Shown here piece by piece: positions 1 to 12,345 of a stretch of 64,000 nucleotides of DNA; the stretch's first letter is position 1; every line of letters starts with the position of its first letter. The position numbers and the translations under genes were made by a program. Below the pieces are notes generated by a model. The model saw only the letters and a list, made by a program, of their open reading frames with translations. It was not told where the DNA came from and did not search any database. Location: assembly GCA_951406725.2 (NCBI GenBank), contig OX597816.1, positions 99,138,001 through 99,202,000 on the forward strand, in the 5' to 3' direction. This stretch comes from Octopus vulgaris (taxonomy: Eukaryota).

Positions 1-183
1 ATTTTCTTTGCTGTAGTATTTTTCACTGAAGGGGATAATTCCCAGCACGAATATCAGTGAGGACACACTGTCCCACTGGAAGATTCCTCTCTTTAGTTTC
101 ACCTCTCCTAGTACTTGCTTCCCTGCTGCCACCTCCGTTCTCCAGCATTTCATGCTATTCCATATAAGGCTTCTCATATTTTC
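1..183 (-). mobile_element. R4/Dong-type non-LTR retrotransposon RT fragment (runs off window edge)
   Basis: Minus strand translates NSMKCWRTEVAAGKQVLGEVKLKRGIFQWDSVSSLIFVLGIIP, matching the RGIFQGDSLSPL RT motif; closely similar in DNA to ~41990-42160. Confidence 0.85.
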
Positions 184-249
184 ATGTTCCTCTTTCCTTC
201 CTCAATCGACAAACGCGTATATGTGTGCGTTTGTGTGCGCGTTCCGGAG

Positions 250-363
250 CCTCGTGGAATTCGAGGTATTTTTGCTCAGTAAACACAACGCTCTGTCTGG
301 GAATCGAAACCGCGATCCTACGACCGCGAGTCCGCTGCCCTAACCACTGGGCCTTTGCGCCTC

Positions 364-366
<3 letters not shown>
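250..366 (-). mobile_element. tRNA-derived SINE, 5' head (truncated copy)
   Basis: Minus strand reads GTGGAGGCGCAAAGGCCCAGTGGTTAGGGCAGCGGACTCGCGGTCGTAGGATCGCGGTTTCGATTCCC with Pol III A-box-like and B-box (GGTTTCGATTCCC) motifs; a degenerate relative lies at ~27870-27980 (+). Confidence 0.75.
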
Positions 367-419
<53 letters not shown>

Positions 420-432
420 CACACACACTCAC

Positions 433-477
<45 letters not shown>

Positions 478-522
478 CACACACACTCACAGATATATAT
501 ATACACAGACACACACACTCAC

Positions 523-571
<49 letters not shown>

Positions 572-585
572 CACACACACTCACA

Positions 586-636
<51 letters not shown>

Positions 637-682
637 CACAGACACACACACTCACAGACATATATATATATATATATATATA
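363..682. repeat. Compound minisatellite: (TA)n interrupted by CACAGACACACACACTCACAGA, 5 units
   Basis: The same 22-nt spacer recurs five times between variable-length TA runs. Confidence 0.9.
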
Positions 683-2009
683 AAGAGAGAAGTGGAGAGG
701 AGAAGGGAAAGAGAAGGGAGACTAAGAAGTCAGGGAGACCGAGAAAAGACACCGTCTTTGGTTAGAATTCTCAGCTGCATTATATCCAAAGTCACAACAC
801 ATTCTCTTGCCTATATGTCTAAATATTCAGCGTTTCCGTGTTAGTTTACACCTTCTTTCTCTGTTTCTTGATGACTCGCACGATAAATATAATCAGTTGC
901 TGCAGTTTTTGGCTTCAAAGTTGAGAAACTTGTAAATAATTAACGTTATCCTCCTAGGAAGTTAAATGAAGTTAATTACTTGAATTTCTCTCTTCTGACT
1001 TTCATCTAATTAATAATTAATTAAGTATCTAATTAGTTATTATATTATCTAAGTAGAATTCTAACGTTAGTTGTTTCTAGAGTGATCTAGTAATTAATTT
1101 GTGTTATCTAACTAGTATGAAGGGCTATATAGCTACTGCCACAATCTTTCGGGGTTTTTTTCCGTTTGTAAGAATTATGAATCAACGGAAGGTAAACAAA
1201 AACATAAGACATTGAATAAAAATCGCAATGTCATTAGCCTCGTAGATGAACTGACAAACATGCAATGAGAATTGGAAGTAGGTCGGAAGTAGATCCTGGA
1301 AGCTTACAGTAGAGATATTTTGCAATGCTGCTGTTTCTATGACTAAGATTGCTGCTCCTGCTGTTGCTGATGATGTCAACGATGATGCTGATGCAGTTGT
1401 TGTTATTGATATTACTCTAGTAGTAGTAGCAGTAGTAGTAGTAGCAGCAGCAGCTTCAAGCAGCAAAGGAAGAAGACGACGAAGAAGAAAACTGATGAGC
1501 GCAAAGCTCATAAGGGACCAAATATAACATTATGTTAAACTGGATAAGCCATGGCAAAGACGGAGTAAACATGTTTAATTAATAATTTATATACCTTGGA
1601 CAGTATGTAAACTACCAAACCATGGGCGACGTCTTCTTGTACACTTCCTAGTATTCTACTATAAATAAATAAAAATGTTTTAATATTCCGATTTAATCTG
1701 CTTGCTCAGTTGGATCGGAAGCAGAAATGTATTCGACATTATTTTTTGTTGAAGAGTTTTGAAAAGAATGTCGCCCATAAACATTGAACTCCAGCGATGT
1801 TTACCACATGACACATCTGTTCCAATATTCGCTGTTATCACTACTCAGCTGAATAGCTGAGCTTACTTTAGTTCTAGTCTGCAAATGTATTTTATTTTCT
1901 GTAGATCAAGGAATTTTGCGAATACAGGTAGTTTATCGAGACCCGCTCCGACTTTTAGTTCATGCAAATGAAAAATACCGCATTATTTATGGGTTGACCA
2001 CGCGCGCAC

Positions 2010-2045
<36 letters not shown>

Positions 2046-2055
2046 ACGCGTTCAT

Positions 2056-2337
2056 ACTAAATCTGATATCGATCGTTCACCTTGGCACACTTGGTAAGCA
2101 GCATGCTACGATATTAGTTTTCGTCCTGAAAATTAATCAATCGTTTGACTCGAAATTGTTAATGACAGCCGTTTTCGAAATTCCAGTGTACCCACAATAC
2201 TTCTTTGACTAAATATCGACAATGGTACTTCTTTAAGGGCATTGGCTTACAAAACTTTAACGGAGCATCAGTGGCATAACTCACGCAGACGTGGAAAGTG
2301 TGCTCCATCACCCACCAAATTGCTATGCATTTTAGCA
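2056..2337. repeat. ~280 bp direct repeat, copy 1 (copy 2 at 4013-4313)
   Basis: ACTAAATCTGATATCGATCGTTCACC...ATGCATTTTAGCA is present twice with few substitutions or indels. Confidence 0.9.
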
Positions 2338-2417
2338 ATATGGTACTTAAGTTAAAGGCACCAGAATTTAGTATGGTATTATCCATATAATTGAAAATGG
2401 GGGTGATTATAATCAAA

Positions 2418-2586
2418 ATAAGCAACAAGGATATCCAGAGGTAATACAGTACGATCGTTTCATGCGACTCCATTTAATTGAACAATGCAATATATATGAG
2501 AACAATGTAATGTTTGCAGTGTTCAATTAAATGGAGTCGCATGAAACGATCGTACTGCATTACCTCTGGATATCCTTGTTGCTTAT
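2418..2586. repeat. Long near-perfect palindrome (73 bp arms, 23 nt loop) ending in TA run
   Basis: 2418-2490 is the reverse complement of 2514-2586 with about 2 mismatches. Confidence 0.9.
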
Positions 2587-3109
2587 ATATATACACAGGG
2601 AGAATTACAAAAGACGAAGACAGGTGGTGTAGACAACAAACAGAGGTATTAGTTTAACGCTCGGGAAGAATATGCAAGATAGCCCCTAATTAGAGTGCGA
2701 TCATCAATACTCTGTTTTGGTTGCATGAAATATATTTTGCGTCCAGATAAATAATCGTGTTTGTATGTGTTTTTGTATGTCACCTGTGTGTGTGCTTATG
2801 TGTGTGTGTGTGTGGGATTGTCGCTTGTCCCATAATATACGAGTATCGGACAAAAACCTCACAAGTTTATACATACTAAATACTAACATATGTGTGATAA
2901 TTTGGACTCCTTCTCATACCTTATGTTTAATACATAGCATACAAATATAGTTTCTAAAACCCTACATACAAACCATACACACAAAAATATTGACTGAAAC
3001 AGAGAATTGGACAGATATGTATGTGCGTGTATTTACATAAACATACATATGAGTCTATACATATTAATAAATTAAAATATACATATATATATATATATGC
3101 GTGTGTATG

Positions 3110-3170
<61 letters not shown>

Positions 3171-4012
3171 ATATACGAATATAACATATTAAATACTTAA
3201 TAGGAATAGAGAAACTGGACAGTCAGGTTTATAGTTGCAACAAAGAGGCGTTCGAAAGTAAGCAGAATATTACAAAAGATGTTCACACTGACAATGGTCT
3301 TGAGAGACTACTAATTGGTATGGGAATCAAACACGCTGTATAAAAGAAAGCTTTGTAAGATTCATTTTTAATACAAAATAATATTGATTTATGTCTCCTA
3401 TGAAAACAACACTTTTGTTATATTCAAATACATTTTTTTCTCTTGTAATCTATTTCTTTAGGCAACAATACATATTGGCTTCTTTGTTTATTAAAGGAGA
3501 ATTAGTCTAGAAATGTGTTAGAGATAAAAGGATACGTGAATTCTCGGAGGATTCGAACTTCGTAACACACATCACTCTATTTGTTACGTTAAAGACGTAA
3601 ATAAATGGGCTAATAGTACATAAAGAATGCATTCTGCTTCGAAGAACGAATAGTAATAGTAAAATAATGGAATTGTCACTCGACATCATAAACGAATGAT
3701 GATAGTGAATATTTCCTTTCGCTGTGGTTGGTTTTGTTGGAGATAAATTTAGAATAATGTGATACTACCAACCACCTGAGATACAGAACACACAGTTTGA
3801 GTAGGAAGATGTATCTTGCATACCATATACGTAAAGGTAAAACTCACTCTCGTTTACTTGTCTGGCCTTTGCCTGACGTCCCTTACATCGCTAAATATTT
3901 CCCCCAAATCTTTACCACGAACGTCAACATCACAAATACGCAAACGGTTACCACTTTTACATTATCACAATCATTTTGTCATCACTAGAAATTTTAAATT
4001 TCAGAATCACTG

Positions 4013-4313
4013 ACTAAATCTGATATCGATCGTTCACCTGTGCACACTTGGTAGCATGCTACGATATTACGTCCTGAAAATTAATCAATCGTTTCACTCG
4101 AAATTGTTACTGACAGCCGTTTTCGAAATTCCAGTGTACCCACAATACTTCTTTGACTAGATATCGACAATGGTACTTCTTTGACTAAATATCGACAATG
4201 GTACTTATTTAAGGGCATTGGCTTCCAAAACTTTAACGGAGCATCAGTGGCATAACTCACGCAGACGTGGAAGGTGTGCTCCATCACCCACCAAATTGCA
4301 ATGCATTTTAGCA
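4013..4313. repeat. ~300 bp direct repeat, copy 2, with internal 28 bp tandem duplication
   Basis: Matches 2056-2337; TACTTCTTTGACTAGATATCGACAATGG at 4146-4173 is repeated at 4174-4201 with one substitution. Confidence 0.9.
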
Positions 4314-5019
4314 TAAATAGACTTCTCATCTTGAAAGAAATTACACAGTCTATTTTCTCTATTATACATACACACACACTCACATACACACACACTTATA
4401 TATATGTTATTCTTAAACAAGACACTATTTGAAAGTGACTTCGATATGTCAGCCAACTAAGCCATAGTCGGCAGTAAATTCATACACTACAAAAGTACAT
4501 ACAGGCATACAGATTAAACCATAGATTAATGCAAATTTGATTTTGTTATAAATGAACAGAATAAAACAAATGTGTGTGTGTGTGTGAATGGACCCACTAG
4601 ATTTGGAACAAAAGACCGCGTGTTTTATAGAAGAGAATACATGACAGATGAGATATTAGTGTCCCAATGAAATAAAAAAAACTACTTGATAGTATTGTAC
4701 GGTAGGAACTGGGTAGTAACTAGTGTTATAATGTACACTTCTACACTACGATGTTCAATGATGATATACACAATTATTGTCATCCATTTCCATTTGTTAT
4801 CAGTCATATCTTACGTTTCACAACTATATTATCCCCTTATCTCTAAGAAATTCGTTAATATTTGTATCCAGCTTTTGTATCAAAAAGAATCTCTACAAAT
4901 GCAAATATCCGATGGGAGTTATTCTAATATCTAAGAAGTATAGAAAATTATTTTATTAGCTAGGTTTCTTCAAATTATATACGTGTATGTGTTTTCTATG
5001 TATACGTACACATATAAAT

Positions 5020-5089
<70 letters not shown>

Positions 5090-5118
5090 ATACACAAACA
5101 CACACACACGCATACACA

Positions 5119-5159
<41 letters not shown>

Positions 5160-5716
5160 AATCTAAATTTAAAGAAACATATTGCATTTCCTCTCTATTG
5201 TACTATTTTACTTTCTTTTTCTGCATTGTTTACAGTCATTCTAATTCTGTTCCTTCTTTTTTATCCATGATGTGCATCACAAGTCTGTTTCACAACAATA
5301 ATACACACAAACACACGCACATATGTACAAGTACACTAATGAGCAAAGACGCGTGTATACTTTTATATACAGAGAAATAGAGGAGATAGGTAGATAATAC
5401 ATAGATTCGGAGATACAATGCACTGCTGAGATGCGTAGATTGTTAATCATAGTCATATACATTTACACACAGACGCATGCAGTCACGGACTGACAAAAGC
5501 ACAACTGCTCAAATGGCTGACACCACCACACATACGTACACTTGAATGCACATCAAACATCTATGTATCATATATTTATTCATATAAATGAACACACAAC
5601 AGTGGTTTGGAATGGAGTTTTGTGAACTACATTATTTCTATAATTTCACATAATAGTGCTTTATATTACCTTTTTGGAAATCTGCCTTCGTTTTACTCCT
5701 TTTCACAAAAAAGTAC

Positions 5717-5763
<47 letters not shown>

Positions 5764-5784
5764 ATATGTATTTTATCATTTGTC

Positions 5785-5998
5785 TTTTACTTGTTACAGT
5801 CATTAGACTGCAGTCATACTGGGGCACCACCATAAATTTTTCGCCAAATGAATCGATCCCAGTACTTAATATTGCTTAATATTGCTAAACCTGGTGCTTA
5901 TTTCATAGCTGTTTGTCAAATAGCTATGTTATGAGGGCGTAAATACACCAACGCCGGTTGTCAAACTGAGATGGGGGACAGACAGACAAATACACACA
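5785..5998 (-). mobile_element. SINE family A, 3' half (degenerate)
   Basis: TTTTACTTGTTACAGTCATTAGACTGCAGTCATACTGGGGCACC... is homologous to the left part of 24861-25269 and 44418-44850. Confidence 0.7.
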
Positions 5999-6065
5999 CA
6001 CATATCTATATAATAGAAATATGTTACAAAAAGAAAATAGAAACTACACGTGGAAATGTAAGGGA

Positions 6066-6441
6066 AAAGTAAGAAGAAAAATAAGCGAAAATGCACATTG
6101 GAAATCAAAAATGTAAAAGCTTTTTATGAAATGTAAAGATAGATATATACAATTAGATGAACTGAGGTAGGAATAAAAGTAATAAAAGTCATATTTGTGA
6201 ATTTTTAAAGAGATTCAAAAGCATACCGGTTTCGTAAAATTACTATTCATTGCTTTCAATGCACACCGATTACTGAATGGTGTCCGGTCTACTAGTCCCT
6301 GAGTAAAAAGGTTATGACTTTTATTATTTTTATTCCCACCTCAGTTCATGTAAATGTATATATGTATCATTACCTTTCATGAAAATCCTTTAGTCTTTTT
6401 GATTTCCAATGTGCATTTTCGCTTATTTTTCTTCTTACTTT
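6066..6441. mobile_element. Inverted-repeat element (~128 bp arms) with central hammerhead-like motif
   Basis: 6066-6193 is the reverse complement of 6313-6441 (moderately diverged); the spacer contains HHR geometry at 6218-6256 (-). Confidence 0.75.
6218..6256 (-). ncRNA. Degenerate minimal type-I hammerhead ribozyme motif
   Basis: Minus strand: AAAGCA-ATGAATA-GTAA.TT.TTAC-GAAA-CCGG-TA-TGCTTT. Perfect 6 bp stem I, stem II and palindromic stem III; the core box is degenerate versus CUGANGA. Confidence 0.55.
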
Positions 6442-6458
6442 ACACCCCCCCCATATAT

Positions 6459-7230
6459 ATATCGGAGTAATGGCGCTAAGCAGTGTTTAAGTATAATAAT
6501 CAAAATTTAGGTTAGTCGAAATATGTTTGTCACATAATTCAACTGCTAACGGCAAATACGCTGCAGTGACCCTGGAGAAAAAAATCTCTCTTATGGTGAA
6601 AAGATGTGAAAATACCCGGTTCGCTCAGTGTCGCCCTCTCCCAGGAATCTCAGACATCGATGTTTCGAGTTTATTGACTCTTGTCGATGAGATGTACCTA
6701 GGGAAGGCAACACTGATTGGACTGAATAAAGCTTATAGCTTTATATATAATTCAGCCAACACATTGACTGACTTGCGCTAGTAGATCGCCCGATCGAGAA
6801 AAATATCAGAATAATGGAGCTAAGCAGTGTTTACGCAAATCACAATTTAGGTTAGTTGAAATATTTTCATTCAGAGTTGCCTCCCATCGACAAGACTCTA
6901 TAAACACGAAGCATTGAGATCTGAAATTCCTGAGAGAGGATGGCACTGAGCGAACTGAGTGTTTTCACATCTTTTTACCATAACTGAGATTATTTTCTCC
7001 CACGGTAACTGCGTTGTATTTGCCTTTAGAATTTGAAATATGGGACAAGCATATTTCAACTAACCTAAATTGTGATTATACGTAAACAATGCTTAGCACC
7101 TTTACTCCTATATTTTCCCGATAGCGCAAATCAGTCAATGTGTTGGCTGAGTTATATAAAAATCTGTGCTTTAATTAATTCGTTCAGAGTTGCCTCTCTT
7201 CGGTATATCTCATCGATAAGTGTCAATAAA
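6459..7230. repeat. ~344 bp unit in tandem (6459-6802, partial 6803-6865) followed by inverted tandem copies (6870-7230)
   Basis: TAATGG(C/A)GCTAAGCAGTGTTTA...AATTTAGGTTAGT.GAAATAT recurs 344 bp apart; 6870-7230 is the reverse complement of a circular permutation of the unit. Confidence 0.8.
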
Positions 7231-8274
7231 ATTAGAGACAAATAAAAGACGAAGACAGGTGTATAAACAACAAGAAGGTATATTAGTTTGACGTTCGGGA
7301 AGGTGAGAAAGTCTTTTACTCTCTTCAACAGAAAGGAAGACGATGAAATAAACCGAGAGAGAATTAAAAAAAAATTGTAGAGTTTCTAAATAATTAACGT
7401 ATAAAATTATTTAACATACATAGAGTTGAAATTCCTTTTTGAAAGTGAACCGTTGTTATAAAACAAGTTCTTTCACATGTATAATCGTGTGCATGCATGT
7501 ATATATATATACGTGTGTGTGTTTGTGCGTGCCCGTGTGTATATATTATATATATAGGGCGGGTAAAATTCCTGAGATCCACGGGCAATTTGTCTGCAAC
7601 AGTCTTTCTCCCTCATCATCGCTAGCATGTCTTATGTCTCCCAGAGACTAGTATCTGTTCTTAGGGCATCAACACATGTCATCCCTGGTCTTCCTCTTCT
7701 AGTGAGCCCTTGAAATTCAGAATTATTGCCAATTACTGTGATTGTGCATAGAGCAATGTAATTAATCAATGAAATTCATGCGTTACGCAATCATCAGGTT
7801 TATGTTGTGACAGTCGTGTTCCACAATTGACAACTATTTGTGTGTACATGTGTGTGCGTGTATGTATGTATGTATTATGTATGTATACATACATATATAC
7901 ATACATACACATACACAAGTAAGACTGAATAAAAAAGCCTCATTTATCCAAAAATATAAATCAGAATAAAATATGAAACCAAATAAAAAATAAAAAAACT
8001 TGCCCTTCCTATTGAAAGATATAAGCCAGCATAAAATACAGACCCAAAATAAAATTACAGATTTACCCCCCACCTTTACTGTAAAATAAGTGAGTGAGCA
8101 ATTACCTCTCCTTGTAATGTGTCTTTCCCCCTAGCAATACGTCTATTTTCAACCCTTAGTTTCTTACTTCAAAGAACAAGATCTTATTGTACAAAATTGT
8201 ATATCTTTACTATTATGACTCTAATATACACCTTAATCCTATAAAACAAATCTTGTGGCTTTCATCTTTTCTTT

Positions 8275-8312
<38 letters not shown>

Positions 8313-8384
8313 GTTGTATACTGTCAATCTAACGTGAACGTGACAGTAGGGGGTTACACCACCGCTGTTTAGCCCTAGGAAGCA

Positions 8385-8567
8385 TCGACGCCTCCTGATG
8401 GCTTTAACACATTTTCCCCTGTGTCCTTATATACATTTACGAAGGGGAGACAAACACCCCCAGCAGCCAGGCCTGCATCTAGAGACACGCATGTTTCAGG
8501 ATCATTGTCCTTCATCGGTCTAGAATAGCAGCAGGAAAAATGTGTCAAAGCCATCAGGAGGCGTCGA
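8385..8567. mobile_element. 37 bp inverted repeats enclosing a hammerhead motif
   Basis: TCGACGCCTCCTGATGGCTTTAACACATTTTCCCCTG (8385-8421) versus CAGGAAAAATGTGTCAAAGCCATCAGGAGGCGTCGA (8532-8567). Confidence 0.8.
8478..8524 (-). ncRNA. Type-I hammerhead ribozyme motif (U4C variant)
   Basis: Minus strand: TCTAGA-CCGATGA-AGGA.CAATGA.TCCT-GAAA-CATGCGTG-TC-TCTAGA. All three stems pair, the cleavage triplet is GUC, and there is a single core deviation (CCGAUGA). Confidence 0.8.
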
Positions 8568-8574
8568 GTTACCC

Positions 8575-8780
8575 GGGAGACTGGTGGTAGAGTTTGGAAA
8601 AGTGTGTAAGGGGAAGAAACTGAAAGCGAACGTAGCTAAGAGTAAGGTGATGAGATGCTCGAGAGATGGTAGGATGAATGTGATCATAAATGGTGAGATG
8701 TTAGAGGCGGTGAGTGTTTTTCACTATCTAGGATCATACGTGACGGTGAACCGTGGGTGGTTGGATGAGGAGGTGAGATA
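8575..8780 (+). mobile_element. RTE-like LINE reverse transcriptase fragment
   Basis: RLVVEFGKVCKGKKLKANVAKSKVMR...IINGEMLEAVSVFHYLGS...LDEEVR is typical of the late RT and thumb region (L.vN..KsKvM, F.YLG). Confidence 0.8.
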
Positions 8781-11700
8781 TACGTGTGGGAGAGAGGGAG
8801 GGGTGTAAGATACTTCGTGTTGCGAAAGGCGGTGTAGAAATGTGTAGGGGCGGGGTGGGCTTATAGGGGAGAGTTGACGAAGAAGGGGAAGGTGGGTATG
8901 AGAAGAGAGAAGGGAGTGAAAGAAGGAGAGAAGAGAGAAAGAGAAAGTGAGAAAGAGTAAGAGTTGAGAGAAAGTAGGGGTGAAGAGAAGTAGGGGCGAA
9001 GAGAAGTAAGAGTCGGGCAACAGAGTGGGTGCGAGGAAGTAGGAGGGAAGGGGAGAGAGGCAAGTGGAGGAGGTTAGCTGAAAATTCCAAGAGAGTTAGA
9101 GGTTGTGAAACCAACCAACTAAGGGATAATATCTATCCAATATGCTGCTGGTTGAATACCCAAGTATTGATATGCATGTTTTTTCATTGCATGGCAATTA
9201 CATTACAGTGTGTAATAAATGGGTGAGGGTAAAATGTTATTTTAACCTTAATATATACAGAAATTTATTGCTGTATATATACATATATATTTGTGTATGT
9301 ATGTGTGAGTGCGTACGTGCGTGTATGTGCGTGCATGTGAATTTATGTAAATATGCATACATATTTATGTGTGTACAGATGTGTATGTATACATGCTATC
9401 TTTGTAGGATATGTCTAAATAAGTATTGTAATATGCATAGTATCCTTTTTTTTAATGCATATCATTTCTGCTTACCCAAATAAAAGTAAACGTAGAGAGT
9501 TTTTTTACTAAAAACTAATGTTTAGAATGAAATTTTATAAAGCACTGCCTGCAGGATTATTTGTTTAGAACAGTATTATGATGTGTAGTGGTTTAGTTAA
9601 TTCATGTGAGTTGAATTTCTGGCAATCAAACGCACAGTTTGAACAGAATTGCGGCACTGTCATTTGTCTTTCAATTACTATAAGAGTACTTATCACTACT
9701 CCCAACACTGATCTTCACATTCCCGTGGTAGCAATATGCTTTCAATATTTAGCATTTGGCAAGAACTTAGCTCAACAAGACTTCGGATGCCAAGCAATCG
9801 TCTTTTAGCCATTTTTATTGTCGCCTTTGTAATACATGTCTGGTCAATCACCGCAATGACAGCGAAAACAATTTCAACTATTCAATTTCAAGGATTCGTT
9901 ATTTCGTCTAATGAAATGAACGAAAATGTGGTATTCGGAAATGTCCATCCTTTGAATACCTCAGCGCAGGCATGCATTGATTATGCATATACCGAAATTT
10001 TCTTGAACGTTATACTTCTTAATTTCTCACATAAGTAATTCAAGTCAATTACCATTTTCCTGGAAACGGTCATGCGCAACAAAATGTTGTCATTATTGAT
10101 ATTGATTAGGTAGCTCTGTTGAATGTCTTTATTTAGTCACGAATAAAATATATCATTGAATAAAATATCTTCACAACCTTCTATGACTGAGGAAGATATA
10201 ATTTCGTCTTCTGTAAATTCTATTTCACCCAATACCTCCCTCTGTTTCATAATATCTACTCAAGTTTCACTAATAATAAACATAGGGTAGCTTATCATCT
10301 AAAAGGCTTTCTAGTTCCTAGATAACAGCCTTCTTAATTTCCCGTTGATTCCCATGTAACCCCACTGTCCTGCAATCAGATATTGGATGCTTTTGATTTT
10401 TCAGTAAAATTGATGTTATTTGTCGTATACTATTCTTTTAGCATCAAGTATCTGTCTTAATTTCAAAGTATTCTTAGAATCAAGAATATTCTAGCGACTT
10501 TGAGTTCTCTAATGCCCTTTATGCATTTTTCCGGCCATTTCCGATAATAGGAAATCCATTGATAGCGTTTCTTACTTCTCAGTAAATCTTGATTCATACA
10601 CACGTATTATACAGGCACAGATACGCTTACTCATACACACACACACACACATATACACACACATATACACACACATGCATAATAGCATCACATCTTTATT
10701 TAGATCGATGGAAGGCCGACGAAATATCCGTAAAGGTAACGTTCGTGCTTTTTGACAGAACAAAATAAATTCGTTTTACGTCTTTTTATTTTTGTTCCGT
10801 TTTCTACTTTTGTTGATTCTTATATTGGATTTAAAAATCTTTCATCTGTCTAGTTACAGACTGTGAAGAGCTCTGCGGAGTCCGAAAGCATCTTTACATC
10901 ATTTTAAGACGCTGGCACCGGTTACAAGCACGCAATAAAAAGCTTCCTAATTTATTATAGATTATTGAGTTGTCCAAAAAGAATTTGGCGAAAGTAAAAA
11001 CAAAATGTACATAAAAGAATAAACAAAAGCGAGGATAACTTTAACAATCAGAGCACACACGAAACTCTATTTTTAATGATAATATAATGATAGTTCAAAC
11101 CCACGTTGCTTGTAAGAAATATATCACTCAGGAATATAGTTGACGCCAATGTGTCCAGTTATAACCATTGCACATTGGTTTATTCGGCTTATGTAATTTA
11201 TATGCTAGAGAAAGGCATGGATGACTTTGCTTTTCTAGACTGTACAAAAAGAAGTCCATAAAACTGTTATATGAATGTATGATATAATTTATTCAAAACT
11301 TCCACTACATAAGTATTAGAGAAATATCAATAAACCCACACAAAAACTCAAGATTGAATTGCGATTTCAGGGGTACCTTTGCTGATAAGACACCAGACAA
11401 ATATAGAATTAAAATGTTCTTGCCATATACTCAGCAGCTTGTATGGTATTTAATTTATGACCTATTAGCTGGTAGTCTAGTAGTTCACGCACTGATAAAA
11501 ACTGATTGCTATGAAGGGAAAAGAAAAGTTGTCATGGAGTCGGAAAGGACTTGCACTTGCATCAAAATATCAGTGTACGAGTAATATAGCGAACGAATGC
11601 GCTTTTGGGTATTTCGGTGATGCTAGATTCCAATGATTGGCGTGGAACCTTAGGGTCAGACATAGTATGCAAGTGTTTTATTACAGGAGGTAAATGCATA

Positions 11701-12199
11701 TTAAATCAAATGGTGGTGAGTGTGTTTCTCAGCTGCTACCCAAATTAATTTCCTTCGATGTGTCAATAGTGTTAATGTAAACGGTTGAGATGTTTTCTAG
11801 TTATAAAGGGTTGATGTTTGTCTTCTTCAATGTTGTCTTGACGTGCTCTTTGAGCTTTAGAGAAACGGTATATGTGATGTGTCATCTCCAATTGATATAT
11901 AGCCCCTACGGTTGGTCGGTCTCCGCGGGCTTTCGAAGGAATATTTAACGAGTCGAAATTGAATTCCTCAACATATATTATCTGCTAATTCCGTTAACTC
12001 GCACAACTATAAGGTGGCATGGGAATAATCAATCTGTATCATGATAACTAGTTACGCTCTATTATATTTTATATTCAAATCAGAGCAGAATAGCCTTCGA
12101 CCTTCGTCTTCCAGGGCAAATAGAATTAATTAAAATAATATACTGAAGTAGATAACGATAATTGCGACCCTTTCTCCTAAGAAATCTAGTGTTGATCGC

Positions 12200-12345
12200 C
12201 AGGTAAAAAGCTTAGCAGCTTTTCGTCCGTTTTTTACTTTGTGAATTCAAATTCCGCCGAGGTTAACTTTGCCCTTCATCCTTGCTGGGTCGATAAAATA
12301 ATTCCAAGTTGAGCAGTGGATCCTTGTGCCAAAATTTGATAACAA
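12200..12345 (+). mobile_element. SINE family B fragment (Meta-domain-like core)
   Basis: TTCAAATTCCGCCGAGGTTAACTTTGCCCTTCATCCTTGCTGGGTCGATAAAAT...TGTGCCAAAATTTGA is shared with several other copies in the window. Confidence 0.7.

Noticed and set aside
363-682. Regularly spaced 22-nt repeat superficially like a CRISPR array
   Set aside because: The spacers are pure (TA)n, the context is eukaryotic and there are no cas genes.
182-765. ORFs of 77-152 aa rich in [10 protein letters not shown] (also 37243-37919, 22164-22479, 34459-34752, 50983-51307 and others)
   Set aside because: These are translations of dinucleotide microsatellites, which lack stop codons; there is no protein signal.
1182-1527. 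Ala/Thr/Val-rich ORFs
   Set aside because: They are driven by (GTA)n, (GCA)n and (GAT)n low-complexity repeats.
11354-11480. TPDKYRIKMF resembling piggyBac KP.KYGIK.F
   Set aside because: The match is too short and the flanking catalytic motifs (IDE, DN.F) are not visible.
11660-11900. Minus-strand TCILCLT and nearby sequence resembling a Penelope GIY-YIG tail (similar hints at ~12780-12900, ~27300 and ~52500-52740)
   Set aside because: Too decayed to call by eye.
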